A stretch of DNA of 64,000 bases from Barthelona sp. PCE (taxonomy: Eukaryota): NCBI GenBank assembly GCA_040285745.1, contig JAUFOR010000004.1, positions 1-64,000 of the forward strand. The letters run 5' to 3'. The translations under genes and the position numbers were made by a program. Shown one piece after another: positions 18,817 through 29,388 of the stretch. How positions within the stretch are numbered: the stretch's first letter is position 1; the number at the start of each line of letters is the position of its first letter. Under the pieces are notes generated by a model, which saw only the letters and a program-made list of their open reading frames with translations, was not told where the DNA came from and ran no database searches.

Positions 18817-19146
18817 ATGTTATGAAAAAAGGAATAAATGCAATTACAAATACACAGATCGTTTAACATAACTACATATACATGTCACTACTGTATAAAA
18901 TAGGATTTTTGGCTGAAGAACAAAGAATCAAGTCTTGGTAGTTTATTTATATATATTGCATTTTGCGATTTTTGATTTTGAGCTTCAAAAAAATCCTCAA
19001 AACTTAAGTGACTTGCTGACCGATAAATCAAAGAAGAAAATTGTTCAACTAAGAATAAAAAAATTGATTTTCAGATAATACAACGGTGTGAACTGTGTTT
19101 AATTAGAAACTTATACCATATCGTAAGCATCAATATATTTAGATTG

Positions 19147-19500
19147 CTATTCTGAGGGATTGTTTGCTTTTTCAGTTTCCTGAGCTAATCTGCATTCTAG
19201 CTCAGCATTTTCCTTGTTTACCTCAACAAGTATCTTGCTTTTTTCTTCCAATTCATCTTTTAAGGTTATTCTATCGTTCCTAATTGTTGATAATACTGAT
19301 CTCAAATCATCTATCACCTTCTGTTGATTTTCAAGTGGTGTGTCAAGTATTGCCGGATCTCCAGCAATAAACTGGTTGATGAACTGCTGAAATTCAGGTC
19401 CATCCAATTCAGATGTGGTTTCATATTCATTTAATACACGCTCGAAAAGCTGTAGCAGCCCATTCTTCTCTAAATACCCCTTAAACGATTCATTATCCAT
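19147..19500 (-). CDS. c-Myc-binding protein (MYCBP/AMY-1)-like small coiled-coil protein
   Basis: N-terminal FKGYLEKNGLLQLFERVL resembles the MYCBP F-x2-YLEK-x-G-x-L motif and is followed by a coiled coil. Confidence 0.6.
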   Translation of the reverse strand: MDNESFKGYLEKNGLLQLFERVLNEYETTSELDGPEFQQFINQFIAGDPAILDTPLENQQKVIDDLRSVLSTIRNDRITLKDELEEKSKILVEVNKENAELECRLAQETEKANNPSE

Positions 19501-19697
19501 GATCGATTAATAATTGCAAAAAAGGAAAAAGGATAGTTGTCTGAAAACATGTTATTGAAGGGTACCCAATCTAATACCACTACAAGTTTTTCAATCGTTT
19601 ACTTATATGTTGGTGATCTTGAAGAAAGATGCAACTGCAACAACATGCAATATCTGTTAAAAAGAAAACCTTGCTTTAATGACTTTAGATTTGTGAA

Positions 19698-19976
19698 TTA
19701 TCCGTCAAACCGTTCCCAATCTGGTGATTCTAAACCGTATTGTAATGGTAAAATCATTGCTGCTTCTAAAGAGTCATAATCTTGATCTTGTAAAGTTTCC
19801 CATTGTTCTGAACATGTGAACCTATAGAAAACAGTATTGTCGTAAGTGGTTATAACAAAACAGCGAATATCGATGTCATTCCCCTTATAATCCTGTAAAG
19901 TACCCAAAGACTTTTCTGAATGCAAAAAGTACCTAACATGAGCCCCATCTATAATCCTTGGTGGTAATTGATTCAT
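19698..19976 (-). CDS. Small hypothetical protein (92 aa) resembling bacterial hypothetical proteins
   Basis: ATG-started ORF filling an intergenic gap. Pattern PP..IDGA.V ... FYRFTCSEQWETLQDQDYDSLEAA ... W. Confidence 0.65.
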   Translation of the reverse strand: MNQLPPRIIDGAHVRYFLHSEKSLGTLQDYKGNDIDIRCFVITTYDNTVFYRFTCSEQWETLQDQDYDSLEAAMILPLQYGLESPDWERFDG

Positions 19977-20015
19977 TGGAAAAACAAAAGTCCTTTATTA
20001 AGGTAGAAAAATGGT

Positions 20016-22082
20016 TTACAAAAAATCATCATCAGTGACGAAATACACCTCTCGAGTATGGTCTAAAGTTTCTATATCTCGTAAACCCAATCCGTATCGA
20101 ACGTCTTGAACACCAATATTCATCGTACGTGCAGTAAGAGTATTCAGGTCCCGATTATGCTGATGTCCAGTTGCATAATGTTCATATCCCACATCTATCC
20201 TCGTTATAAAAGTTCTTCTGTCCACATATGCACCAAAACTCTCAAACGCTTCAGAGGTTACGGATCGCTCCATCGTGAATGGTGACCCAACCCGAACGAT
20301 TGTGTGCTCAGGCTGTTCTTCCACATCACTTGGTGGTAGCACAACCTGATGAGCAGGAGAAAAAAGTGAAAGAGTCGAACCTGGGTGTTGAGAAGCATGC
20401 TCCGCACCAACAACATCAATAAGTCTTGTTACCTGTTCCGTATGCGCATGAGGCGTTCGCATCTGCTCAAGAATGAATGCATCTCGCTGGTTAACGTCAA
20501 TAAAATTTGTTGGCGTCCGCTGTCGATACTCGTCAAATACTCGAGTGATTCTACTTTGCTGCTCATCATCCTGCTCTTCCTCTTGTGCATAAAGTTGAGA
20601 CAACCGTTCTTCCATCTCCTTTTGCAATACAACATCCAGGTCTTCGTCAATACGTCTCTTGTTAACCAACCAACGATTTATAAAGTACTTTTCCAGCCAC
20701 AGCCATGAAGTACGCCACCAACTTCGTGGTTCACCAGTTATAGCTTGTATTGCGTTCGTGGATATATCAAACATTCGCGACAATACGTCTGAGACAGCAT
20801 TGTGTGACTGACTGCTCTTAATCTTGAAGATCTTCAGCATGAGAGGCAGTGATGTTCCAAAACCAAAAACTGTAATGAAAACAATCCAAATAGTGCTCGA
20901 TACAATAACAGGTTGATTAGGAAAGTCCGAAATAGGAAGTGATTCAGCCAGTGCAAATGCGATGGCACCTCTCAATGATCCCCATACAAGAATAAACTGA
21001 CTTTTAATGTCAATTTTCACCTTTCGACGCTGGTTCACTAAGAAGCTCAACCCCATCACAACAATTATGCGAGTGACAACGATTATAACCAATAACCACA
21101 GATTGAGGAGCCAATCCCATACCAATTCATCCTCGCGTGTTACTGTGACGATACCTAATAGTATGAAAATATATGATTCTGCAGTAGATGCAATTGCCTT
21201 CGTCGTCAGCTGTACTGAAATATGTGAGTAGTGCCTTATATTCCACTGCATGTACTTTGCCACGAATACACTGAACGTCAAAATTCCTATAATATTGCTC
21301 AGTGTTGCTAGCTCACTGACAACGTACGATGCATAAGCGAATAGTATTACAAACGCCCATTCGAGAATGTAGACCTTTTCTGTGAATCGTGCAATGAATG
21401 TATTGAGCATAGCAATAGCGAGTCCAACAGCAAATCCTCCAAGAACAAAATATAAGAACGTTCCAATCGTTTGGAAGAGAAACCCCACCGAGAGCGTTCT
21501 ATCCTCCTCCTGCAACGTAAAGAAAGTTGTGTAAAGGATTATAGAGACAGCATCGTTCAAAATAGATTCCCCCTCAATAAGAACCCCCAGATTGTGGTTG
21601 GTTCTTGTCTGCTCAAAGACTGCGAGTACGGCCACAGGGTCAATCGCGCTGATGAGTGCACTGAATGTGAACGCTTCCCAAACCTCAAAATTTGTATCCA
21701 TGAGCCCCATCGAAGATACAGCAATCAACAGACCACCTGTTATTAGGGTACTGAGAAAGGTACCAGTGACTGCAAACATAAGAATCGTCCCAATATTACC
21801 AAAAAAGAAACGCCTTTGAAGATTGTAACCAGCAGAAAAAATTATTGGTGGTAATAAAACAAGAAAGAATATCGTACTGTTAAAATCAAACACACCTATG
21901 TCATCCCTGCTAACCACAAAGAGAAATAAGCCCCATAAAAGTCCCACAATAATTAGTACAGCACTTTCAGAAATTAATTTCACCTCAAAATTATGGAATA
22001 GCACCTTAAAAAGCAGTAAGAGTGCCAAAAGTAGTATTATATATGTGATATTTGTAAGCAATTCTGTTGATACCTCACTCAT
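20016..22082 (-). CDS. Na+/H+ exchanger (CPA1, SLC9A/NHE/NHX family)
   Basis: FFLVLLPPIIFSAGY, LISAIDPVAVLAVF, GESILNDAVSIILY and LRGAIAFALA, with multiple TM segments and a hydrophilic C-tail. First ATG is at 22082. Confidence 0.95.
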   Translation of the reverse strand: MSEVSTELLTNITYIILLLALLLLFKVLFHNFEVKLISESAVLIIVGLLWGLFLFVVSRDDIGVFDFNSTIFFLVLLPPIIFSAGYNLQRRFFFGNIGTILMFAVTGTFLSTLITGGLLIAVSSMGLMDTNFEVWEAFTFSALISAIDPVAVLAVFEQTRTNHNLGVLIEGESILNDAVSIILYTTFFTLQEEDRTLSVGFLFQTIGTFLYFVLGGFAVGLAIAMLNTFIARFTEKVYILEWAFVILFAYASYVVSELATLSNIIGILTFSVFVAKYMQWNIRHYSHISVQLTTKAIASTAESYIFILLGIVTVTREDELVWDWLLNLWLLVIIVVTRIIVVMGLSFLVNQRRKVKIDIKSQFILVWGSLRGAIAFALAESLPISDFPNQPVIVSSTIWIVFITVFGFGTSLPLMLKIFKIKSSQSHNAVSDVLSRMFDISTNAIQAITGEPRSWWRTSWLWLEKYFINRWLVNKRRIDEDLDVVLQKEMEERLSQLYAQEEEQDDEQQSRITRVFDEYRQRTPTNFIDVNQRDAFILEQMRTPHAHTEQVTRLIDVVGAEHASQHPGSTLSLFSPAHQVVLPPSDVEEQPEHTIVRVGSPFTMERSVTSEAFESFGAYVDRRTFITRIDVGYEHYATGHQHNRDLNTLTARTMNIGVQDVRYGLGLRDIETLDHTREVYFVTDDDFL

Positions 22083-22354
22083 TGTAATATTAACCAAAGA
22101 ATTGTAAAAGTAAGATTCTAACTTTTATTGCAGTGGTTGGAGGTCTTCCAATAGTTTTTGAGCATGTACGGGGTTTATTGACGGTTACATGTGTAATATG
22201 AATAGCCTGTTGAAAAATTTTTGCACCTCAGAGATTTTTTCATTATTTAGTTGGATAAATCACAGTATAGCATTTTTGAGCCCAATAAATAACACTTATT
22301 TTCTATTAATAATGTTTTCTTTAAACAAACCTCTTTCAAGACCTTTTTGAAGTC

Positions 22355-24481
22355 ATGCAAGCATTTAATCAGATAGGAGAACCAGTGCCTCTTGCTCAAG
22401 CACGAGGAAACAACGTTCGTGATGATTTTACTCTCGATCAGTTGTTTTTAGTTTTTATTTTGGAGTTTTGCCCAGATAATGAATTTATTTATCGTAACCA
22501 GTTACTAGAAAACGTTGCAGCAGGAAGTTATCATGTTGATGTAGATTTAGAACATCTTGCGGTGCATAACGAAGAATTAACTGAAGTTTTACAGGGAGAT
22601 CCATCTCAGCATTTGCCTGCATTTGAAATGGGTGCAACAGAGGCCCTCAAAAGATTGAGTACAATTCAGGATATAGAAGATATTGATAGAAAAGGAATTT
22701 CTGTTCATGTTCGTCTTGTAGATTATAGAAAGGACTCTCATGAGATGAGAAATCTGCAACCAGATGATCTCCACAAGGTAGTGCACATCTCTGGAATTAT
22801 TAGTGGTTGTGGTCGCATTACCCCCAAAATGAAAGAGCTTCATTTGCGGTGTAGTGTATGTGGTCATCGTAAGATTGTTGTTATGGCAGCAGGATCGAGA
22901 GCAGTTAAGCTACCACAGTGCCAGAACATGGCAGGTCAGTACGATGAACAGAATAATCACCTCAAATGCCCCCTCAATTCTTATCGAACAGACCCAATGA
23001 TGTCTCGCAAGATCTCTGTACAGACAGTTAAGCTACAAGAGACACCAGAAATGGTGCCGGTTGGTGAGATGCCTGTAATTGTGCCAGTCTATTTGGAACG
23101 CACACTATGTGGTGCTGTACAACCGGGTGAGCGTGTTAACATTATAGGTCGGTATGACATTGCCCAGATTAGATCTGCTCGCACTGTTAGTATCATAGCG
23201 TTTGGTATTCGTCCTCAGACGGTTTCGTCCACCAAGAATATATCTGCAGACGAGATTGAGAAATTTAAGCTCATGTCTGCAGACCCAGCAGTCAAGAGCA
23301 GGATTATCAGGTCAATTGCTCCTGCCATGAAAGGGTTGTCTCACGTCAAAACAGCCATTGCTGTCATGATGTTTGGTGGAAACCGAAAGGCTGTGTCTGG
23401 TCTTACGATAAGAGGTGACATTAATGTTTTACTGTTGGGTGACCCATCATGCGGTAAGAGTCAGTTCCTCAAGTTCGTAGAGGCATGTGCCCCCATTTCA
23501 GTCCTTACAAGTGGTAAAGGTTCGTCGGCTGCCGGTCTCACGGCACTTGTTAAGCGTGATCGTGATACAGGCGAGTTTGTCTTAGAAGGAGGTGCAATGG
23601 TTCTCGCTGACGGTGGTGTTGTGTGTATTGATGAGATGGACAAGATGCGTGGTACAGATTTGGTTGCTATTCATGAAGCAATGGAGCAACAAACGATTTC
23701 TGTAGCGAAAGCTGGTATTTCAACGGTCCTCAACTCTCGTTGTGCAGTTCTTGGAGCAGCTAATCCTACTTTCGGCTCATTTTCAGCATCACATTCGATA
23801 GATGACAATGTTGCTTTCAAGAGCACAATTTTATCACGTTTCGATCTTATTTTCTTTATGAAAGATGAGGTTGATGGTAAGAAGGATCGCGCTCTGGCTC
23901 GTCATATCATGGATACGCATAGTGCAGGAACTACCGAAGTCGATTTAGAAGTTGCAACGTTAAAGAAGTACATTGCATATGCTAAGGAGCACGTTCATCC
24001 TGTTATAGATCAGGATACTGCACACAGTATTCGTATGTTTTACACTCAAATGCGTCAAGATGCTATGCACGCTCAAAAGAATGGTACTCCTGCAATACCA
24101 ATTGCAATTCGCCAACTGGAAGCACTCATCAGACTAACAGAGGCCTTTGCAAAGATGGAACTCTGCGATGTTGCAACCACAAGGCACTTTGGCTATGCTC
24201 AGGAACTGTTTAGAGTGTCAACAATGAAAGCAGTAATGGAAAACAATCTTGAAATGGAAGGTATGAGTAAGAATATCATGGATGGATCGCAAAAGGAGCT
24301 TCAAGAGGAGATGCAGCGTGTGCTTGAAGAGAGCAGCGATGGTCAGATGACTCAATCGGCCTTTATTAATCGACTGACCAAAAGTGGTTATGAGGTGAAC
24401 GATATTAAAAGATTGTTACAAGCATCACAGTTATTTGACACGTCACAGAAGAATATTGTTATTCTTAACAAAAACAGATAA
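22355..24481 (+). CDS. MCM5: DNA replication licensing factor MCM5
   Basis: RGDINVLLLGDP, GKGSSAAGLTA, LEGGAMVLADGGVVCIDE, AIHEAMEQQTISVAKAGI and SRFDLIF, plus the MCM5-type QETPEMVPVGEMP and a C4 zinc finger. Confidence 0.9.
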   Translation: MQAFNQIGEPVPLAQARGNNVRDDFTLDQLFLVFILEFCPDNEFIYRNQLLENVAAGSYHVDVDLEHLAVHNEELTEVLQGDPSQHLPAFEMGATEALKRLSTIQDIEDIDRKGISVHVRLVDYRKDSHEMRNLQPDDLHKVVHISGIISGCGRITPKMKELHLRCSVCGHRKIVVMAAGSRAVKLPQCQNMAGQYDEQNNHLKCPLNSYRTDPMMSRKISVQTVKLQETPEMVPVGEMPVIVPVYLERTLCGAVQPGERVNIIGRYDIAQIRSARTVSIIAFGIRPQTVSSTKNISADEIEKFKLMSADPAVKSRIIRSIAPAMKGLSHVKTAIAVMMFGGNRKAVSGLTIRGDINVLLLGDPSCGKSQFLKFVEACAPISVLTSGKGSSAAGLTALVKRDRDTGEFVLEGGAMVLADGGVVCIDEMDKMRGTDLVAIHEAMEQQTISVAKAGISTVLNSRCAVLGAANPTFGSFSASHSIDDNVAFKSTILSRFDLIFFMKDEVDGKKDRALARHIMDTHSAGTTEVDLEVATLKKYIAYAKEHVHPVIDQDTAHSIRMFYTQMRQDAMHAQKNGTPAIPIAIRQLEALIRLTEAFAKMELCDVATTRHFGYAQELFRVSTMKAVMENNLEMEGMSKNIMDGSQKELQEEMQRVLEESSDGQMTQSAFINRLTKSGYEVNDIKRLLQASQLFDTSQKNIVILNKNR

Positions 24482-24495
24482 TATAGTTGTTGAAA

Positions 24496-25365
24496 TTACC
24501 AAGTCGTACGATCTATGGATTCAATTTGTTCAATAAGGATCAATTCATCATGGCCAAAACGCTCAAATATCGACTTCTTTGCCTGCATGTAATTGAACAA
24601 TGGTTTCATGATTGCAGGTGCGGTTCCTTCTGAGAGACAGTATACATGGGTAGTACAGAACGCTCTTAATACAGTCATTGTTTGTTTTGGCAGTTGGATG
24701 CTCTTGATATCGAACAAAAATGTTGCAAATACATCATTAAATCGTTCAGGTGTTGCATATATCACATCCCTTATGCTTTGATACAAAAAATGGGGAAGTA
24801 GTTCCAGCAGTAAAACAAAAAATTGCATGTGTTGCAAGAAGAATGATTCAGAATCTGTATCTGCCTCAACTGCATCCGCTGTTATAATATTATAATTGGG
24901 TTTAGAAAGCATTTTCCTTACACTGTAAGGGATAACCCTTTCATTAGTAAACAGATTAACTTTTTGAGAGCCCAGGTGCATGCATGGGATGTAAACATGT
25001 GCAATAGGCAAGAAACCATCACTAGAAATGTGAAGAAGACTTGTAAATGAAATGGATTCTGGTGAATGAAGATGTGGGATTGATGTTAGAATAACTGAGT
25101 TACCAGTATAATTAGAGAGAGTGTTCTCAGATGGTTCAATCAATTTGACATGTATATAACCTTGAAGGACAATTTGTGTTGACTGAAGAAAAATTCCACG
25201 TTCATTGTCTTGTTTTGAGGATGAATTTTGCGTGTTGTAACTTGAATTGTGCGATTTGCGCGTTGTTACACTATCTTCTTCACTCTCAATACCTTCTGCA
25301 AACCATTCATATCCATTTTCATATGTTGTGAGTGGTATTGGATCTGTCCATTCGTAAAACGTCAT
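24496..25365 (-). CDS. Hypothetical protein (289 aa)
   Basis: ATG-started ORF that fills the gap between MCM5 and the next gene. No motif recognised. Confidence 0.7.
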   Translation of the reverse strand: MTFYEWTDPIPLTTYENGYEWFAEGIESEEDSVTTRKSHNSSYNTQNSSSKQDNERGIFLQSTQIVLQGYIHVKLIEPSENTLSNYTGNSVILTSIPHLHSPESISFTSLLHISSDGFLPIAHVYIPCMHLGSQKVNLFTNERVIPYSVRKMLSKPNYNIITADAVEADTDSESFFLQHMQFFVLLLELLPHFLYQSIRDVIYATPERFNDVFATFLFDIKSIQLPKQTMTVLRAFCTTHVYCLSEGTAPAIMKPLFNYMQAKKSIFERFGHDELILIEQIESIDRTTW

Positions 25366-25435
25366 TAACTTCTTAAATTATGCCCATTTACACATAAAAA
25401 AAAGTGAAAAAAAAAGTGAAACAATACTTTACAGG

Positions 25436-26317
25436 TTAGAGAATTGAAAGAGGTTTGAATAATAACTTCATAATCTTCACAGGTGCAATGATACTCTGTG
25501 TTGGTAAAACCACTGCTGGAAGTTGAAGAGCAACCATACTGCCAATACCAGACCAAACAGGAATATCAATATTATCCTCATAAAAACTGTATAGCTCAGC
25601 AAGAGTTGCAAAAAGTGAACTGAAGAAGCTAATCAAAAAGGCAGAGCGAATGTCAAAAGAAGCAGTGATGGCAAAAATAAATGCTGAAAAAAAGCATGTA
25701 ACAAAACATCCCATGGATCCTTCTAGAGTTTTGGACCCCTTAATCTTTGTTTTACCAATTGAATAACCTACTAGTGCAGCAAAAAGGTCTCCCAAACAAA
25801 CATGAAGCATTGCTATGAAAGAAACTAGAATAGGGAAGAATATGAGCGAAAGGACACTTCCAAAACAAAAAAACAAACCAGATACAGGCCTTTTGAATAC
25901 TTTTTCATCAGGTCTATATACACTAGAAGAGTTCATGAATTTTTGTAATGGTTTGATGAAATATCGGCATATTTCAGTTGTGGGAGTAAGGATGATACCA
26001 AAAGTTACAAAAATGGAAATCTGTCGTTTTGAAAGAACTTCTGTACGATGTAGGTATTCAAATAAAACAGGAATGACAACCAATACAACGTGGATACCTT
26101 TTCTACCCACTTCAACTAAGAATTTAGCTCGTTTCTTAGGTCCAATGCCAATTTTCGTCAATGCTTTGATAATTGGATTCTTTAAAGGTCCATTGCCACT
26201 TTTAATTAGAAGAGCACCAAATATACCAAAGAATAACACTGGGATTACACAATGAGTTATGAAAAAAATGTTTGGGTTATTTAACATGGTAGGAGTGAAA
26301 AAATATATAACAATCAT
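25436..26317 (-). CDS. CTP-dependent lipid kinase (DGK1/phytol/dolichol kinase, cytidylyltransferase-like membrane family); alternative start 26287
   Basis: EVGRKGIH, RPDEK, GDLFAALVG, KTLEGS and EDNIDIP motifs with multiple TM segments. Confidence 0.85.
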   Translation of the reverse strand: MIVIYFFTPTMLNNPNIFFITHCVIPVLFFGIFGALLIKSGNGPLKNPIIKALTKIGIGPKKRAKFLVEVGRKGIHVVLVVIPVLFEYLHRTEVLSKRQISIFVTFGIILTPTTEICRYFIKPLQKFMNSSSVYRPDEKVFKRPVSGLFFCFGSVLSLIFFPILVSFIAMLHVCLGDLFAALVGYSIGKTKIKGSKTLEGSMGCFVTCFFSAFIFAITASFDIRSAFLISFFSSLFATLAELYSFYEDNIDIPVWSGIGSMVALQLPAVVLPTQSIIAPVKIMKLLFKPLSIL

Positions 26318-26404
26318 GATCGTATAAGTAGCAGCGGCGATCCGTTTTCTTTAATCGTTATGTAAGAATATTGAGCAAACATTACAAAATAATACAGGTT
26401 TTTA

Positions 26405-27502
26405 CTAGATGTTTTTAGAAACAATAAAAGCTTCAAAATTATCTGAAAATCTTTCAAAGGTGACATTTCCAAGAAGCAAATATGAATCATGTTCATTAAA
26501 ATTTCCCTGATTTGTTTCAGTTGATCCATGTAGAATTAGCATAATTGCAGGTGCTTCATATTCAAAAACGTAAGGATCAGCGGACTTTTTCAGTTGATGG
26601 AGCTTGAAATATTGTGTTGGTGGTGTAAAAGTGGTAATACCTTTAATCATTTCAGAAACAATAACATTATTAGTGTTAAAACCACATGTATAATCGCAGT
26701 GGTCACACAAAACACGTTTATCTATGAACTTAGGTGTGAGACCAGCGCGTACAACATTATCTGAATTTCTCATCACTTCAATCATTTCACCAGATATATA
26801 GGCATGTGGAATAAGCGGCGGGATATAAACAGCGTCGTTTGGGCTCAGGGTGTACACGTTCAGAAGCATACACATGAGAACACCCGGGTCATTGGGATAT
26901 ATGCTGTTAAATTCAGACACTTGTTGGTAAAGGGGGTGTTCTTCCGGTAATGCATCAATAGCAGCATCGATTGTTGTTTTATCCTGATCCAACAAAGTGA
27001 TTACAATGTTCTTTACGATAGTTTGCTCCTCAGCATCGTATTGAAAAATATCAAACAGTTCATTGAGAGCAGTATTTTGTGTCCAAGCCATATTTTCCTT
27101 TATCTCAGTGAAACATCTGAAACCGCACATTAATTTAACTGTAGTGATCGCAACAGCCATCTCAGGTTTGGAGTTTGGATCAGGGTAATGTGCAGGGTCG
27201 CTCTCGTGCAGTTCTCGCGCTAATTCTTCGGTTGGGTGCAACTGAATTGAAAGAGCTGAGTTAACAGATAGAATTTTAAAAAGGAATTCCATGTCAAGTG
27301 ATGAATTTGAAAGAAAAGAAGATAATTTTTCGTTAGTTTCTTCTATGTGTGCCATTCCCTTAGGGTGAACACCCAGCCAATACTCTGCATAAGGTAAAGT
27401 ATCATCATTAGCTCCAGAAACTACTGCAACTGAACTTTCCAACCCAGGAATACCCCATGCATAATTTTGCACAGCACCCGTGATTTTAATCGCACTGTGC
27501 AT
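26405..27502 (-). CDS. MPI: Mannose-6-phosphate isomerase, class I
   Basis: QNYAWG, PYAEYWLGVHP, FLFKILS..ALSIQLHP, YPDPNSKPEM and HAYISGEMIEVMRNSDNVVRAGLTPK. Confidence 0.97.
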   Translation of the reverse strand: MHSAIKITGAVQNYAWGIPGLESSVAVVSGANDDTLPYAEYWLGVHPKGMAHIEETNEKLSSFLSNSSLDMEFLFKILSVNSALSIQLHPTEELARELHESDPAHYPDPNSKPEMAVAITTVKLMCGFRCFTEIKENMAWTQNTALNELFDIFQYDAEEQTIVKNIVITLLDQDKTTIDAAIDALPEEHPLYQQVSEFNSIYPNDPGVLMCMLLNVYTLSPNDAVYIPPLIPHAYISGEMIEVMRNSDNVVRAGLTPKFIDKRVLCDHCDYTCGFNTNNVIVSEMIKGITTFTPPTQYFKLHQLKKSADPYVFEYEAPAIMLILHGSTETNQGNFNEHDSYLLLGNVTFERFSDNFEAFIVSKNI

Positions 27503-27723
27503 GTTGACAAGTGTTGTAAAAAGAAAGAATAGGTAATATGACCTGATTAAGATGCTTTATATCTCAATGATGTTCAAAAGCTTTCAGAGATGCCCAATGT
27601 GGACTTTGTGCTGTGGCATATGTGTTCAACAACATAGTTGTGATAATTATACAAAAAATTTTGCTCGTTTGCTTTATTTTACCTTTAACAACCTTTCAAA
27701 CCATTGCAGGAACCCTATCCGCC

Positions 27724-28818
27724 ATGACATCCCATTCCTGTTCATGCGGAAATGTGCATTTCACAATTAAGAATGAGGAAAAAATGAATTTGAACGATCT
27801 TCCAGTTTTTATGCAGACCATATTCGAGATGAGTAAGTCAGAAGTCAACCATGCCACGTTGTTGGACTTTAATATGGTGAGTGAGTTAACTGTACGAAAA
27901 TTAGTTTTTGAGGGCTTCAAAGGCTATTTTTGCCGATTATGTAGCACGTTTACATGTTTTATACGAGAAGAAGAAGTCTATTTCGATACAGATCTGTTCC
28001 ACAGTAGAACTCAAGATCCAGATACATATTTAAACCTTCATTTCTATGATAAACGTATAGAACATACATTAGATGAAAGTGACAGACACGAAAACAGAAG
28101 AGTAAGGTCAGATAAGGAGAAAATGGTTAATCAACGTAATGCAATTCTTCTTAAGGAACGTCAGCAGATGGATCGAAGGATACATGAATTTGCACAACAA
28201 CAACGTTCTGAATTGAAGAAGAAGGAAGATCAAATTAACTCTAGTTTTGATCTCATGTGGTCAAATCTGGTTGATAATATAGATAATTATTACAAATTTT
28301 TGGATACCGTTGCAGATAAGCTTCCTTTGTTGATATCGGATCCTAACAGGTCAAAAAGTCCAAAAGTATCCACTGCAACATCAGCACAAACTTCTTTAGG
28401 CAATCAGAATCCAATCAGAATGAATCAGAGCTTGCAATGCACACCAGCTGTGAGCATGTCACCTGAGCTCCCTAAGCTAGTTGCTCGGCCAGCACCCAAC
28501 TCATCACTTCTTGACGATATTATGGCAACAACTGTGCCAGTTACCGGTTTTACTCGTCCAAGATCAAAAACCATTGGTGCCTTTCCCCCACTACCACATG
28601 TCACCAGCCCTCTTCGTGCCAGTGCCAGTGGCACACCCGGTTCAAAAACTGGTGACGGTGAGTATTCAAGAACACCTAACATTTTTGAAAGAGTACCAAT
28701 TTTTGATAGTCCTACACCAGTTTTAACTGAAGAGATGCAGGATATAAAAAAAATTGATGGCTTATATGCCAGCGAGGCCCCTAACGCTTATGATTCAGAT
28801 GTCTTTATGTTTGATTAA
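27724..28818 (+). CDS. Putative PRAS40/Lobe (AKT1S1)-like protein: CxC..CxxC domain, coiled coil, S/T/P-rich tail
   Basis: ATG 27724 gives MTSHSCSCGNVHF ... YFCRLCSTFT, then coiled coil ERQQMDRRIHEFAQQQ, an RxRxxT site RPRSKT (28555..28572) and C-terminal DVFMFD. The ORF is secure; the family call is from recall. Confidence 0.55.
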   Translation: MTSHSCSCGNVHFTIKNEEKMNLNDLPVFMQTIFEMSKSEVNHATLLDFNMVSELTVRKLVFEGFKGYFCRLCSTFTCFIREEEVYFDTDLFHSRTQDPDTYLNLHFYDKRIEHTLDESDRHENRRVRSDKEKMVNQRNAILLKERQQMDRRIHEFAQQQRSELKKKEDQINSSFDLMWSNLVDNIDNYYKFLDTVADKLPLLISDPNRSKSPKVSTATSAQTSLGNQNPIRMNQSLQCTPAVSMSPELPKLVARPAPNSSLLDDIMATTVPVTGFTRPRSKTIGAFPPLPHVTSPLRASASGTPGSKTGDGEYSRTPNIFERVPIFDSPTPVLTEEMQDIKKIDGLYASEAPNAYDSDVFMFD

Positions 28819-28980
28819 TGTTAATAAAAAAATAAATTGCAATCATGTAGATTCTTTGTTTGCTATTATAATTGAAACCAAAATTGTGAATGCGTTATGA
28901 TATATGAACCATCACAAGTGTATTTAGAAAGAGCATCAACAATGAAGCTTGGTTTCATCTATATTACCCTCATCTTCATA

Positions 28981-29142
28981 ATGGAAACTGAACTTAAGCC
29001 AGAATACATCTGTACACAGTGCAAGACACTTCATTCTTACTCTCAATTTCTTAATTCAAAGGTTAGATGCATTGAATGTGGAAACCAGATTTTTTATAAG
29101 CGCCGTCGTAGGGGTCTCATTGTTCAGCATCTTGCCAGATAG
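28981..29142 (+). CDS. RPB12: RNA polymerases I/II/III shared subunit RPABC4 (RPB12)
   Basis: YICTQC ... VRCIECGNQIFYKRR ... AR-stop. The zinc ribbon and C-terminal AR are typical of RPB12. ATG 28981 is the likely start. Confidence 0.9.
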   Translation: METELKPEYICTQCKTLHSYSQFLNSKVRCIECGNQIFYKRRRRGLIVQHLAR

Positions 29143-29388
29143 GAAACACAGTTAAATATCAGGTGTTTGATACTTTTTTATGATAAAGAATGTTTGTTCT
29201 GAAATGAACACTTGATTATTTGCATGGTACGAACTTTTCGCGCCTGTTATGAGTAATACAAAGTAATTTTTTCTTCACACAGGTGATTATTGTTAGTAAA
29301 CATGATGTAATTAGTGAAAAAATTCGTTTTGCCTTTTGAATCCTTTTTCCAGTTTTTTTCTAGTTAAATTGAACAGTATTGCAAACAA

